63,220 nucleotides of DNA, filler included, from Octopus bimaculoides (GCF_001194135.2; 6 parts of 5 records of this genome joined end to end with filler, not necessarily neighbours in it), one strand, 5' to 3'. Positions 48,597 through 61,103 are shown, counted from the first letter of the whole stretch. Made by a program: numbers and translations. The notes: a model not told the origin generated them from the letters alone.

Positions 48597-48637
<41 letters not shown>

Positions 48638-48899
48638 TTTTCTATTTCTCTTTCTCTCTCTTTGCATAGATCGTTTATCATTCACTTGCTTCAATCATTA
48701 GACTGCGGCCATGCNNNNNNNNNNNNNNNNNNNNNNNNNNNNNNNNNNNNNNNNNNNNTTAATTAATTAANNNNNNNNNNNNNNNNNNNNNNNNNNNNNN
48801 NNNNNNNNNNNNNNATATATATATATATATAATAATAATAAAGTTGAATATTTAAATTCTTCGGCCAGATTTATACGTTTGAATTTATTCACTGCTATA

Positions 48900-49143
48900 C
48901 TAGGTTCAGTCCCACTGCGTTGAACCTTGGGTAAGTGTCTTCTACTGTGAAAGGATTTGGTAGACGGTCCCACCACCATCGCTTGACAAGCGACGTTGGT
49001 GTGTTTACGTCGCCATAACTTAGCGGTGCGGCAAAAAAACGATAGTAAAAGTACTAGATTTATAAAGAATAAGTCCTGGGGTCGATCTGTCCGACTAAAG
49101 GCGGTGCTCCAGCATGGCTGCAGACTGAAACAAGTAAAAGAAT
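48900..49143 (+). mobile_element. SINE family B, internally deleted
   Basis: Head and tail matches; the central microsatellite is missing. Confidence 0.8.
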
Positions 49144-49481
49144 GAAATAGAATGTGTGTACATTAAATATTCTCAATAAAGGCAAATGACTCCAATTTAA
49201 TAAACTTTTATTTGAGGTAAAAACATTCTTTGAGAGATTCCTGTCGCTACCAATTTGCCAAATCAGTCTTTGAAGAATATGACGGAAATGAAAAATATTT
49301 TGTGATTTTGCAACAAACTGGTTCTATGTTGGTACAATCAATGCGCATTGCTTTGAAGCTGCAAAGATTGCGAAAAATAGAATTATGAGGTCTTTCGTGG
49401 GGATTAGATGCGCGAATAAAATATTAATTGTACGAGTTGCTTATTACGTGTTTGGGGGGGGGGGAGTAGCAAGACATGATG

Positions 49482-49632
49482 TTAGTAAAAAGCAAGAAGA
49501 GTGGAAAAAACATAAAACTTGATGGTAAAAGAATGAATGATGGCAGCAGGAGATGAAACCAAAGCCAAAAGCTGTCTGTTTTGTGTCTCTTCACAATATC
49601 CGTTCATAATTGGTTGCGCTGAAATTCCTCGA
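49482..49632 (-). CDS. Beta-hexosaminidase (GH20, HEXA/HEXB-like), terminal coding exon
   Basis: Acceptor ttttctgtcctatctag|T (phase 2); (S)RGISAQPIMNGYCEE... matches the RGIxAQP..G.C terminus of HEX subunits; TAA at 49484-49482. Confidence 0.9.
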
Positions 49633-49747
49633 CTAGATAGGACAGAAAAGAAAAAAAAACACAATTGCATAAATAACACCATGTAATGTATACTTGAAGA
49701 TACAGTATATATAATATTGTATATTATACATTGTTATATAATACAAG

Positions 49748-50058
49748 TGGTTTCGATTCCCAGACTGGGCGTTGTGAATGTTTATTGAGCGAAAACACCT
49801 AAAGCTCCATGAGGCTGTGGTGAACCCTGCTGTACTCTTTCACCACAACTTTCTCTCACTCTTCCTGTTTCTGTTGTACCTGTATTTCAAAGGGCCAGCC
49901 TTGTCACACTCTGTGTCACGCTGAATCTCCCTGAGAACTACGTTAAGAGTACACGTGTCTGTGGAATACCCAGCCATTTGCACGTTAATTTCACGAGCAG
50001 GCTGTTCCGTTGATCATATCAGATGGGACCCTCGTCGTCGTAACCGACGGAGTGCCAC
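49748..50058 (+). mobile_element. SINE family C (in HEX intron, antisense)
   Basis: Matches 18983-19312. Confidence 0.85.
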
Positions 50059-50404
50059 GATAATACAAACAGAAAGCAGCCCGGATCAGTGAGCAATAAA
50101 TCGTTTTCATTTACTGGTTATATGTTATTAAATTCTATTAATCCAACCATGAAACAATATTATTAAGTATGTTTAAAAACTGTCTGAATGTGTTATTTAG
50201 GTAAGTTAAAAGATCAACTTAGGGTCTCAGAACAAAGGCCTTTGTCCCTTTTGTGTTCTATTGTCCATTTCTGACCGACTCATTTAATATTGTGCGTTTT
50301 TGGATATAAACGTCGTGATTGACGAGGACAGAGAGACATTCTAATGTAGTTTTTAAAATTACCACAAAAATACGAACAGGTTTGGATAATTATTTTTTAC
50401 TTTT

Positions 50405-50453
50405 AGGCGGCGAGCTGGCAGAATCGTTAGCACGATTGGCCTTGTGCCAAAAT

Positions 50454-50511
<58 letters not shown>

Positions 50512-50525
50512 GTTATTATTATTAT
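50405..50525 (+). mobile_element. SINE family A head fused directly to its tail, followed by (TTA)n
   Basis: ggcggcgagctggcagaatcgttagcacg-attggccttgtgcc-(tta)n. Confidence 0.65.
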
Positions 50526-51074
50526 TAAGTGTTGTGTCCTTAAGCAAAACACTTTATTTCCCCTTGGTCCAGTCCACTTAACTCGCAAAAATGATTATTA
50601 CTTGTATTTTAAAGGGCCAGTCTTGTTACAATCTGTGTCGCGCTGAATCTCCCTGAGAACTATGTTAGGGATACGCGTAAATTTCAGGAACAGGTTGTTC
50701 CGTTGGTCGAATCAGCTGGAACACTCATCGTCATAACCGACGGAGTACCAGTTATTTTAATATTTATACATTTTCAAAGCAAATGTATTTAAAAAATATA
50801 GTGTACATAACTCTACATTAAACATGATTAATGTTTCTCCCGTCATGTGAATGCGTGCGGCTAAATGGCTAAGATGTTGATCTCATGATCGTAAGGTTGT
50901 GATTTCAGTTTAGGGACCAAACTGCATGTTTTGGCGTTTAGGAAGATAATTCATATAAAATGAATATCAGCTGCTGAAGCGATGGAAGTCAGCCTTTTCA
51001 CTGAGTAGGGTCTCGTTTAGCTGGGTAGAAGGTGCGCCTGCCCATCACTCTATTTCTATTACAGAAATGCTATC

Positions 51075-51360
51075 ATGAAACTTAGCAGACGACAAAGAAA
51101 TTATCTTTTTTTTTTTAAAGGGAGAATAATTTAAAGGTAATACCTAATGTAAGTGAATTGTTAATTTTTTAAAGTTGGAGTGCGGAGTACATAATCAACA
51201 TTATCAGTTTTTAAGATGGAGAGTAGCAGGAGAGAAATACGTTAGCGGACAAATACAATCGTCTTTTCTTTTTAAACTGGAGAGCAGTTTGAGAATAATA
51301 CCGTAGCAGATAAGTGAATAGTCTATATTTTAAAGATAGAGATGAGTTTTAGATAAATAC
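51075..51360. repeat. Degenerate ~60-bp tandem array derived from the HEX exon/intron junction
   Basis: Units at about 51081, 51144, 51241 and 51302 echo aatac|cttagcagac; an exact 15-nt copy of the exon end lies at 51081-51095. Confidence 0.7.
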
Positions 51361-51465
51361 CTTAGCAGACGACAACGCTGTTGATCTAAGCGGAACTGAG
51401 CATCATCCACGTTGTTTACTTCTCGTTTACTCCACAAACGTTCTGCCACAGCTGAAGCTCTCGGC
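51361..51465 (-). CDS. Beta-hexosaminidase internal exon (105 nt)
   Basis: cttacag|G..AG|gtattt; (W)[34 protein letters not shown]; phases 2/2. Confidence 0.95.
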
Positions 51466-53136
51466 CTGTAAGACGAAATGGGGGGAAAAAGAAACCAGCT
51501 TATAAACAATTTTATCTTATTTTTCGTTCATTTTGTCCATTTGTCTAGCTCTGCTTTCTTTCTCTGGTTCTCTGTTAGTGGTCTATCATTCTATCTGTCT
51601 GCCTGTTTGTATGTCTACCTGTCTATTTGTCTGTATACATCTATGTATGTATATGCGTGTGTGTATGAGGATAGATAGATAGATAGATAGATAGGCGTCG
51701 CAACCCAGCTGCGTTCTACGATACTGCGTCACGAATCTCTGTCCCACATAAACATTTTGTTAGATTCCCAATTTCATGTTGCCTTGCCAATAACATCAGT
51801 GTAGTCGAGTGGTCTTCATCCTTCCTTAGGGTTTGGAAGTCTCTGAAATAGAACATCTGATATGGCCTGTTGTTAAGTACGATAACAGTGGTCTATATGC
51901 ATTGGGCAATGATAATAGAGATGTTGAGTACTGGGTTCGATATAATCGAATATCCCCCTCCGCCCAATTTCAGGCCTTGCAGCTATACTAGAAAGGATTA
52001 TTATAATTAATTATATTATAATAATTAATTATATTTTCCTTTATATTTTTCATTCTAGTAATACCAGAAATAAGACAGAAATGTTTTAGCTTCATACAAA
52101 GAAATTTTTAAAATTAAATTTTACCTTACTTTTTTTTTAATTGCAATAAAGATATATANNNNNNNNNNNNNNNNNNNNNNNNNNNNNNNNNNNNNNNNNN
52201 NNNNNNNNNNNNNNNNNNNNNNNNNNNNNNNNNNNNNNNNNNNNNNNNNNNNNNNNNNNNNNNNNNNNNNNNNNNNNNNNNNNNNNNNNNNNNNNNNNNN
52301 NNNNNNNNNNNNNNNNNNNNNNNNNNNNNNNNNNNNNNNNNNNNNNNNNNNNNNNNNNNNNNNNNNNNNNNNNNNNNNNNNNNNNNNNNNNNNNNNNNNN
52401 NNNNNNNNNNNNNNNNNNNNNNNNNNNNNNNNNNNNNNNNNNNNNNNNNNNNNNNNNNNNNNNNNNNNNNNNNNNNNNNNNNNNNNNNNNNNNNNNNNNN
52501 NNNNNNNNNNNNNNNNNNNNNNNNNNNNNNNNNNNNNNNNNNNNNNNNNNNNNNNNNNNNNNNNNNNNNNNNNNNNNNNNNNNNNNNNNNNNNNNNNNNN
52601 NNNNNNNNNNNNNNNNNNNNNNNNNNNNNNNNNNNNNNNNNNNNNNNNNNNNNNNNNNNNNNNNNNNNNNNNNNNNNNNNNNNNNNNNNNNNNNNNNNNN
52701 NNNNNNNNNNNNNNNNNNNNNNNNNNNNNNNNNNNNNNNNNNNNNNNNNNNNNNNNNNNNNNNNNNNNNNNNNNNNNNNNNNNNNNNNNNNNNNNNNNNN
52801 NNNNNNNNNNNNNNNNNNNNNNNNNNNNNNNNNNNNNNNNNNNNNNNNNNNNNNNNNNNNNNNNNNNNNNNNNNNNNNNNNNNNNNNNNNNNNNNNNNNN
52901 NNNNNNNNNNNNNNNNNNNNNNNNNNNNNNNNNNNNNNNNNNNNNNNNNNNNNNNNNNNNNNNNNNNNNNNNNNNNNNNNNNNNNNNNNNNNNNNNNNNN
53001 NNNNNNNNNNNNNNNNNNNNNNNNNNNNNNNNNNNNNTTAGTGACGAAGTCTAGAAGTGCTCGCGAGTGACTAAAAGTTGACTTGAAAATATATTCACCC
53101 ACCGTAGTGGTTGAACGATTCTTCATTAATACTGTC

Positions 53137-53240
53137 ATTGGTTTCGTGCGAAAAATTCGCAATTTTCAAGCGTTCCATTGAACACCAGCATTTTTAAGAT
53201 TAACGCTTGAAAATTGTAGATTTTTTCGCATGAAACCAAT
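53137..53240. mobile_element. Small Tc1/mariner-like MITE / hairpin
   Basis: ~38-bp imperfect TIRs attggtttc(g/a)tgcgaaaaa..caattttcaagcgtt around a 27-nt spacer. Confidence 0.75.
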
Positions 53241-53267
53241 ACCAACATTGTTAATCCACGAATAAAC

Positions 53268-53321
<54 letters not shown>

Positions 53322-53528
53322 CTTAAAATGAAATTGTTGTGATTCTGCTGGTTAGCTTTGATCCAGAAAATACTCGACCCGAGGGAAGAAAGTCCTTTAA
53401 AAGCCCTGTTACTAGTTATTTGAAATCCCTAATGTACACTGCGATAATGCATATCTGTATAAATATGCATATATATGTGCATATGTATGTGTGTATGTAT
53501 ATATGTATGTGCATGTTTATACATACGT

Positions 53529-53561
<33 letters not shown>

Positions 53562-53911
53562 ACCGGTGTCCCATCGATTTTCGCCACACAGAAATTGATC
53601 CGCGTTCCATTTCTCGTATGAAGTGCTATCATCGTCGTTGGTTAGTCAATGTTTTATAAATTCGCCATATTTAAACAAAATCGCTTTAACTCAATGTCAC
53701 CGATTATAATTTCACCACTCAACTCTAAATCCATTCTGATTCAATGATTCAAGTATAATCAACTTTTTCTTCTTCTTTCTTCCCCATCTTTCAAGTGCTA
53801 TAGAAAATATTTACAGGTGAGCGATAATACCGACAGAACAGATTGATGTCTTCATAATGAAGTCGTTAATGGCAGCTTGGTTGAACATTTTCATTAGCCC
53901 GGTCAATGTCC

Positions 53912-53956
<45 letters not shown>

Positions 53957-53989
53957 TCCCCGGTCACTGGGGGTGGTGGTGTTAGTGCT

Positions 53990-54230
53990 GCTTTTGTTTT
54001 TGTGTTTGTGAATAATCATGGTGATGATGATGATGAAATTCGCTTCTTCTCATCTGCGTCTTTCTTCTTCTTCTTCTTCTTCTTCATCTTCTTCTGCTTT
54101 TCATCATCATCATCGGCATCATCATCGGCATCATCATCGCCATTACCACCAGCACCACCACTACCACCACCATCACCACCTCTACCACAAACACCACCAT
54201 CATCATTTCTGTATTTCCCTTAATTCTTCT
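53990..54230. repeat. Compound trinucleotide tract (GAT/CTT/CAT/CAC)
   Basis: Direct reading; lies in a HEX intron. Confidence 0.9.
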
Positions 54231-55539
54231 TGATCATTTTAGTTCGTGTTAGTCTTTCGATTATCAATTATTACTATTATTATTATTACTATTATTAAAT
54301 GTACTAAAAACTAAAAAAAACATCGTAGTTAGTGAAGCGGTTATCAATGTCCTTCCCAAAGCCACGGTCTTCAATAGAAAACGGCGTATTGTGAAGCTAT
54401 AGATATTCGATTAATATATTTGGACTTAGAGGCCATTTGCTTGTTGAGACTACATAAAATATTTCAATAAACTTTACTAAGTAGACATGGTTTCTATTTA
54501 ATGGATAGAGTAATGGCACACACACACACACACACTCACACTCACACACTAACACACTACACACACACACATATATATATACATACATATACAAATATAA
54601 ACATATATGCATTTATATATGTCTGTATAAACATATATACATTTATATATANNNNNNNNNNNNNNNNNNNNNNNNNNNNNNNNNNNNNNNNNNNNNNNNN
54701 NNNNNNNNNNNNNNNNNNNNNNNNNNNNNNNNNNNNNNNNNNNNNNNNNNNNNNNNNNNNNNNNNNNNNNNNNNNNNNNNNNNNNNNNNNNNNNNNNNNN
54801 NNNNNNNNNNNNNNNNNNNNNNNNNNNNNNNNNNNNNNNNNNNNNNNNNNNNNNNNNNNNNNNNNNNNNNNNNNNNNNNNNNNNNNNNNNNNNNNNNNNN
54901 NNNNNNNNNNNNNNNNNNNNNNNNNNNNNNNNNNNNNNNNNNNNNNNNNNNNNNNNNNNNNNNNNNNNNNNNNNNNNNNNNNNNNNNNNNNNNNNNNNNN
55001 NNNNNNNNNNNNNNNNNNNNNNNNNNNNNNNNNNNNNNNNNNNNNNNNNNNNNNNNNNNNNNNNNNNNNNNNNNNNNNNNNNNNNNNNNNNNNNNNNNNN
55101 NNNNNNNNNNNNNNNNNNNNNNNNNNNNNNNNNNNNNNNNNNNNNNNNNNNNNNNNNNNNNNNNNNNNNNNNNNNNNNNNNNNNNNNNNNNNNNNNNNNN
55201 NNNNNNNNNNNNNNNNNNNNNNNNNNNNNNNNNNNNNNNNNNNNNNNNNNNNNNNNNNNNNNNNNNNNNNNNNNNNNNNNNNNNNNNNNNNNNNNNNNNN
55301 NNNNNNNNNNNNNNNNNNNNNNNNNNNNNNNNNNNNNNNNNNNNNNNNNNNNNNNNNNNNNNNNNNNNNNNNNNNNNNNNNNNNNNNNNNNNNNNNNNNN
55401 NNNNNNNNNNNNNNNNNNNNNNNNNNNNNNNNNNNNNNNNNNNNNNNNNNNNNNNNNNNNNNNNNNNNNNNNNNNNNNNNNNNNNNNNNNNNNNNNNNNN
55501 NNNNNNNNNNNNNNNNNNNNNNNNNNNNNNNNNNNNNNN

Positions 55540-55576
<37 letters not shown>

Positions 55577-56049
55577 CGTTCAAATGGTAGTCGATACGTG
55601 CAAATGAATGTAAGCATCTAAATTTTGCAGAGATAGGAAAAAAAGGAGAGTTCCGAAAAACAAACGAAAACAAAAAGAAAACAGAAATCGATGCAAAAGA
55701 GAGATTCGGTTAAATAAATCGAACAGCAGAGGGGGGTGGGGTGGAGAACTGCGGTGAATAAAGGAAAACAACGTTGGAAATTAGGAGAGAAATGCTGAAA
55801 GGAAATTGAGAAATTTGAAAACAGCTGGTGTTAAGGATGGAGAAATCCTTTTGTGTGTTTTATACACAGAAAAAGAAAAAAATACTTCGTTTCTTTTTTT
55901 ACATTATTTCCTTGATAATAAGGACTCGTGATGCAGGAGCGGTGAATGATTATGCCTAATGGAGCAGAGAAAATCACTGATTATCGGCAGATGGAAAATC
56001 AGCGATGGTTGCAAATCTCGAAACAGTTGTATGTGTAAAGAACATTCTT

Positions 56050-56213
56050 TCTGGGACTATATATGGCCGAGTAGTTAAGAAGAACGCTTTTGCAACCACA
56101 TGGTTTGGGGTTCAGTTCCATTGAGTTGCAACCTCGGCAAGTGTCATCTACTATTACCTCGACCGACCAATGCCTGTGAGTGAATTTTCTAGACGGAATC
56201 TGAAACAAGCCTG

Positions 56214-56247
<34 letters not shown>
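56050..56247 (+). mobile_element. SINE family B 5' half, diverged
   Basis: gcaaccacatggtttggggttcagttccattg..gaccaatgcctgtgagtgaatttt then (TA)n. Confidence 0.7.
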
Positions 56248-56250
<3 letters not shown>

Positions 56251-56760
56251 CAGTATTTTATTGCAAAAATAAAATATATATAAGATGGTATAAGACTACA
56301 AAAGAATATATTAGTCTTTACAAGACTTTCAAAAACTTTATAAGAGTAGTTGNNNNNNNNNNNNNNNNNNNNNNNNNNNNNNNNNNNNNNNNNNNNNNNN
56401 NNNNNNNNNNNNNNNNNNNNNNNNNNNNNNNNNNNNNNNNNNNNNNNNNNNNNNNNNNNNNNNNNNNNNNNNNNNNNNNNNNNNNNNNNNNNNNNNNNNN
56501 NNNNNNNNNNNNNNNNNNNNNNNNNNNNNNNNNNNNNNNNNNNNNNNNNNNNNNNNNNNNNNNNNNNTCATTAATGGTTTTCGGACGATTCTTGTACACT
56601 GATCTTTTACTTGCTCCCCAGAAAAAAAGTCTGGTGGTGTTAAATCAGGTGATCTTGGCGGCTAAAGTCCCTTCGAAATAATCCGTTCACCGAAAAACTC
56701 TTGAAGTAGCGCCATGGTGATGCGCGAAGTATGTGCTGTAAGCTCCATCTTGCTGAAAGC

Positions 56761-56792
<32 letters not shown>

Positions 56793-56859
56793 AGCTGTTG
56801 TTCTTGTTGAGGCTGAGCTCGATATCCGAATCAATGTATAGTCGACTCGAGTATCGGGC

Positions 56860-57071
56860 ATGTATAAAGAAAGAACTTCAACGAATACACACTGCCAGTG
56901 ATGATTTGCAGCAATGAAATATGGGATCTCAGCACTACCATCATGGACGTCCTCATTGTAGCCCAACGGAAAATGGAATGAAACATGCTTGGCATCACAT
57001 TGCGAGACCAGGAAACTAACGCCTGAATACGACAGTAAATGAAAGTCAACGTCATCAGAAAAGCCAAATGA
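56860..57071 (+). mobile_element. Decayed RTE-type LINE fragment in HEX intron
   Basis: FNEYTLPVMICSNEIWDL...AQRKME*NMLGITLRDQETNA*IRQ*MKVNVIRKAK. Confidence 0.7.
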
Positions 57072-57101
57072 ATAATAAAATTAAAAAATATATATATTTA
57101 C

Positions 57102-57192
57102 CAAAGCCGTGACATGAAATTAGTTGCGTCCACGTATTCTGACCACAAACAGGCCTCACCACCCATCATCAGGTTTTCTAGTTTCGGGTCAT
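57102..57192 (-). CDS. Beta-hexosaminidase internal exon (91 nt)
   Basis: ttcttcttag|AT..TG|gtaaat; (D)[29 protein letters not shown](W) carries the GGEAC.W.EYVD motif; phases 1/2. Confidence 0.95.
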
Positions 57193-57759
57193 CTAAGAAG
57201 AACATTTTCGATTATTAGTGACTGAAAGAAGTAAGATATCAAAGAATATCTGGAAAATTAACCCTGTGGCGGACCAGCGTCCTGTTCAGTGGGGATGGGG
57301 TCTGGAATGGCGTAGTCTGAGTCACTTGTACGCCATGGAACTGAGTCAAATCCCGGCATTATCAGTTCTAAACCTCACGGCAGACCTAAGAAATGTTTGT
57401 GCGCATGCGTGTGTTCATACATATAAAGTATTGATTGGTTAACCAGTGCTTGGGTCACGTTCGTACATGCACACATATATACCTACATACACATACACAT
57501 GTATATACATACATGCACAAATATAGACACACACACATATACACTTTCGCTCACGGAAACACGCAACGCATCATAAGTCGTGAGTTCAGCCAGAAACCGA
57601 ACTCACGACTTAATGATCCTGATCCCATCACTCTAACCACTGGACTACTCGCCTTATCAGCTGCAGTTTGTAAACCCAATTCATTCAATAGCTTTTTATG
57701 AGATCTTTCCTAAATCTAATTTATGACTTCCTTTTACGCAAGACTAAAATTTTATTATT

Positions 57760-57945
57760 ATGATGGTGGTGTTGGTGGTGATGGTGGCGGTGGCGGTGGT
57801 GGTATACAGTGTCGGCGGCGGCGGCGGTTACTAGGAAAGCTTTAAGGACGGCGGTGAGGACAGTGACAACGATGACAAGAAAGGTGTCCAAGGACAAAAC
57901 GACGAAGCTGACGACGACGATGGCGGTGGCGATGACAACGCTCAA
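57760..57945. repeat. GGT/GGC/GAC-rich trinucleotide tract
   Basis: Direct reading. Confidence 0.8.
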
Positions 57946-58275
57946 TGTATGACGATAGCATTTGCGGATGATGAAATAATTGACTGACTCCATATTTGCT
58001 CAGTGTGAAGGCCTGGTAAGTGGTTAAGGTGTTACACTCATCATCACAAAGTCGTGGTTTCGATTACTGGACCGGGGTGGTACATTGTGATCTCGAACAA
58101 AACAATGCGTTTCGTACTGCTCCAGTTCACTCAGCTGTGAGTGAGTAACCCTACGAGTGACTGGCGTCCCTTCCCGGGGAGAGTTCTAGGGCTTGAGACA
58201 ATACTTACTTTACGTGTATGTTCAACGCAGAAAGAAGGTAAGGACTGACATCTACAAAGGTAGAGAGAAACTCAC

Positions 58276-58471
58276 CTGTAAAATCAGCGGGGTCACAGAG
58301 ATATAGTGACTCCCAGTCCGGACCGTAATTCACATAATTGAGATACCAACATGAAGAAAGAATCATTTTGTAGCCCTTCTGGGCCACCATCATTGAATAA
58401 TTTTGCCAGTTATCGTAGATGTCCCAGAGCGATGTATCCTTCCAAATTTGAACCAACGTGTCATATTTCGG
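58276..58471 (-). CDS. Beta-hexosaminidase internal exon (196 nt)
   Basis: ctttctcattccag|CCG..ACA G|gtgagt; PKYDTLVQIWKD...ILSSCWYLNYVNYGPDWESLYLCDPADFT; phases 0/1. Upstream exons were not found in the window. Confidence 0.95.
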
Positions 58472-58689
58472 CTGGAATGAGAAAGAATTGGAAGTAATGA
58501 TGGTTTTAAATTTCGGCTCAAAGCCAATTATGTTAGGAGGAGGGAGAAAGTCGATTATAAAAACATGAGTAAAGGATAAAAGGCTAAGCTGACCTCGGCC
58601 ACATTTAAAGTGGGAATGAAAAGAGCCGCAAGGAAGCCGCTAAACATTTTGTCCGATATATTAACATTTCTGCCACATTAGTATCTGAA

Positions 58690-59845
58690 AGAATAATTCT
58701 TTCTACTGTAGGAACAAGGCCTAAAATTTTGGTGCGTATCTGGTACTTATTTCCTCAGTCCCAAGGACGAAAACAAAGTCGGCCTCGGTGGAATTTGAAC
58801 TCAGAATGAACGAAATGTCGCTAAGCATTATATCGGACGTGCTAACGGTTCTGCTAGCTCACTGCCCTAGTATTGGATGTCATAATTATTTATTTCTTTA
58901 TTGCCCACAGGGGGCTAGACATAGAGGGAACAAACAAAGGGATTAAGTCGATTACATCGACTCCAGTGCGTAACTGGTACTTTTTTAACCGACCCCGAAA
59001 GGCGGATTTTGAACTCAGAACGTAACAGCAGACGAAATACCGCTAAGCATTTCGCCCGGCGTCCTCACGTTTCTTATTTCTTTATTGCCCACAAGGGGTT
59101 AAACATAGAGGAGACATACAAGGACAGACAAGGGGATTAAGTCGATTACATCGACCCCAGTGTGTAACTGGTACTTAATTTATCGACTCCGAGAGGATGA
59201 AAGGCAAAGTCGACCTTAGTAGAATTTGAAATCAGAGCGTAAACACAGACGAAATATTGCTAAGTATTTCCCCTGGCGTGCTAACGTTTCTGCCAGCTCG
59301 CCTATAATAATAATTATTATTATTATCAGTTGAAGTAATAATTATTATCATTTCAAATCCATTAAAGTGGTGAGTTGGCGGCGGAATCGTTACGGGGTCA
59401 GACAAAAACAGAAAAAATGCTTAACCGTATTTGTTTCGACTTTACTTATGTTCTGAGTTCAAATTCTTCCAAGGTCACCTTTGATATTCATACGCTTGAG
59501 GTTGATACAATAAGTACTGGTCAAACACTAGGGGCGATGTAATCGACTCGCCCCCACCCCTCCTCAAACATTTCTGGCTTTGAACCTCTGCAACATACCA
59601 GAGTCCCGTTCAAGGGAATATTGTGTTCTTTGTCACTTATACGCCAAGGAAGCCGAGTAGCTAGCCTTAGGAGGCCTAGGGCTAGAGAGAAACAAAAACA
59701 GGGTATAGTCGATTCTTTCAACCCCGTACTTGATTGGTACTTTATTTATCGAACTTGGAAGTAAGAATAAAGAAATGAATTTGTCCAATGTTTGAAATCA
59801 AAACGTAAAGAGCCGTAACTATATGACATAAGGTATTTTGTCATG
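58690..59845. mobile_element. Cluster of five to six SINE family A copies in both orientations
   Basis: Minus copies at ~58690-58868, 58890-59303 (two nested/tandem) and 59690-59845; plus copy at ~59365-59582. Confidence 0.8.
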
Positions 59846-60741
59846 CACTCTAACGATTCTGATAATAAACGGTCCGTGATGATTGTAAATATTGATTCGG
59901 AGATAAACTCAACTGATAAACGAAGAGTGTTGATATTAACTGTAGCAACTAAATAGTTAGTCTAAGTTTCAAATACAATAGTTTATTGATTAATCAGGTT
60001 GTTTTGAAGTTCATGGGTTGTTGAGAGATGTCATAGCAATTCTGTCGGAGTAGCTAATAAGGATCAAGCAAACGTTAATGTTAAGCTAAGGTTTACTCAA
60101 GGAACACAGCTGATCTTAACGGCTGTTTTATTTCGTCCTCAAAACCATTTGAGATGATTCAGCTACCGGGTATGCCCTATAACACTCTTTTATTCGTTTC
60201 AGTCGCTGGACTACGACCATACTGGAGCAGGCTTTGAAGGGTCCAGTCGATCAAATCTAACCCAGTACTTGTTTCGCTTTGAAATCTGGCACCTGCTAAG
60301 TCAGGCCAACACCAGTTTTTTATTGGTCCTTCATCGATGGGAGGCAACCACACTCACACACGTACATACACACCCATACACACATACATGACGAGCTTCT
60401 GTGCGGTTTCCATCTACCAAATTCATTGGTCGGTTCAGAAAGTTCCAGTTAAATCTTCAACTCTGAAGTTTGAAGCAGTAAACTAGTTAATGTAAGATAT
60501 CTAATCTTAACCACTCACCTTCACATAGCTACATATACACATGTATATATATATACATTCATATATATATNNNNNNNNNNNNNNNNNNNNNNNNNNNNNN
60601 NNNNNNNNNNNNNNTTAATTAATTAANNNNNNNNNNNNNNNNNNNNNNNNNNNNNNNNNNNNNNNNNNNNATTAATGTTTTTTGTCCAGCCCGTAGCTAC
60701 TCTCTGTGTACTGCCTTTATGGCAAATTGAAATGAAATAAA

Positions 60742-61103
60742 GTAGCTTGCTTACCAACCACATGGTTCCAGATTCAGTCCCACTGCGTGGCACCTTGGGC
60801 AAGTGTCTTCTACTATAGCCTCGGGCCGACCAAAGCCTTGTGAGTAGATTTGGTAGACGGAGATTGAAGGAAGCCCATCGTATATATGTATGTGTGTGTA
60901 TGTGTTTGTGTGTCTGTGTTTGTCCCCCCCAACATCGCTTGACAACCGATGGTGGTGTGTTTATGTCCCCTGTAACTTAGCAAAAAGAGACCGATAGAAT
61001 AAGTACTAGGCTTACAAAGAATAAGTCCTGGGGTCGAATTGCTCGACTAAAGGCGGTGCTCCAGCATGGTCACAGTCAAATGACTGAAACAAGTAAAAGA
61101 GTA
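60742..61103 (+). mobile_element. SINE family B
   Basis: Matches 12715-13166. Confidence 0.9.

Noticed and set aside
59661-59685. GC-rich hairpin ctagccttagg-agg-cctagggctag as a possible Helitron 3' end
   Set aside because: CTAG is part of the stem rather than ~10 nt downstream, and no matching 5' end was seen.
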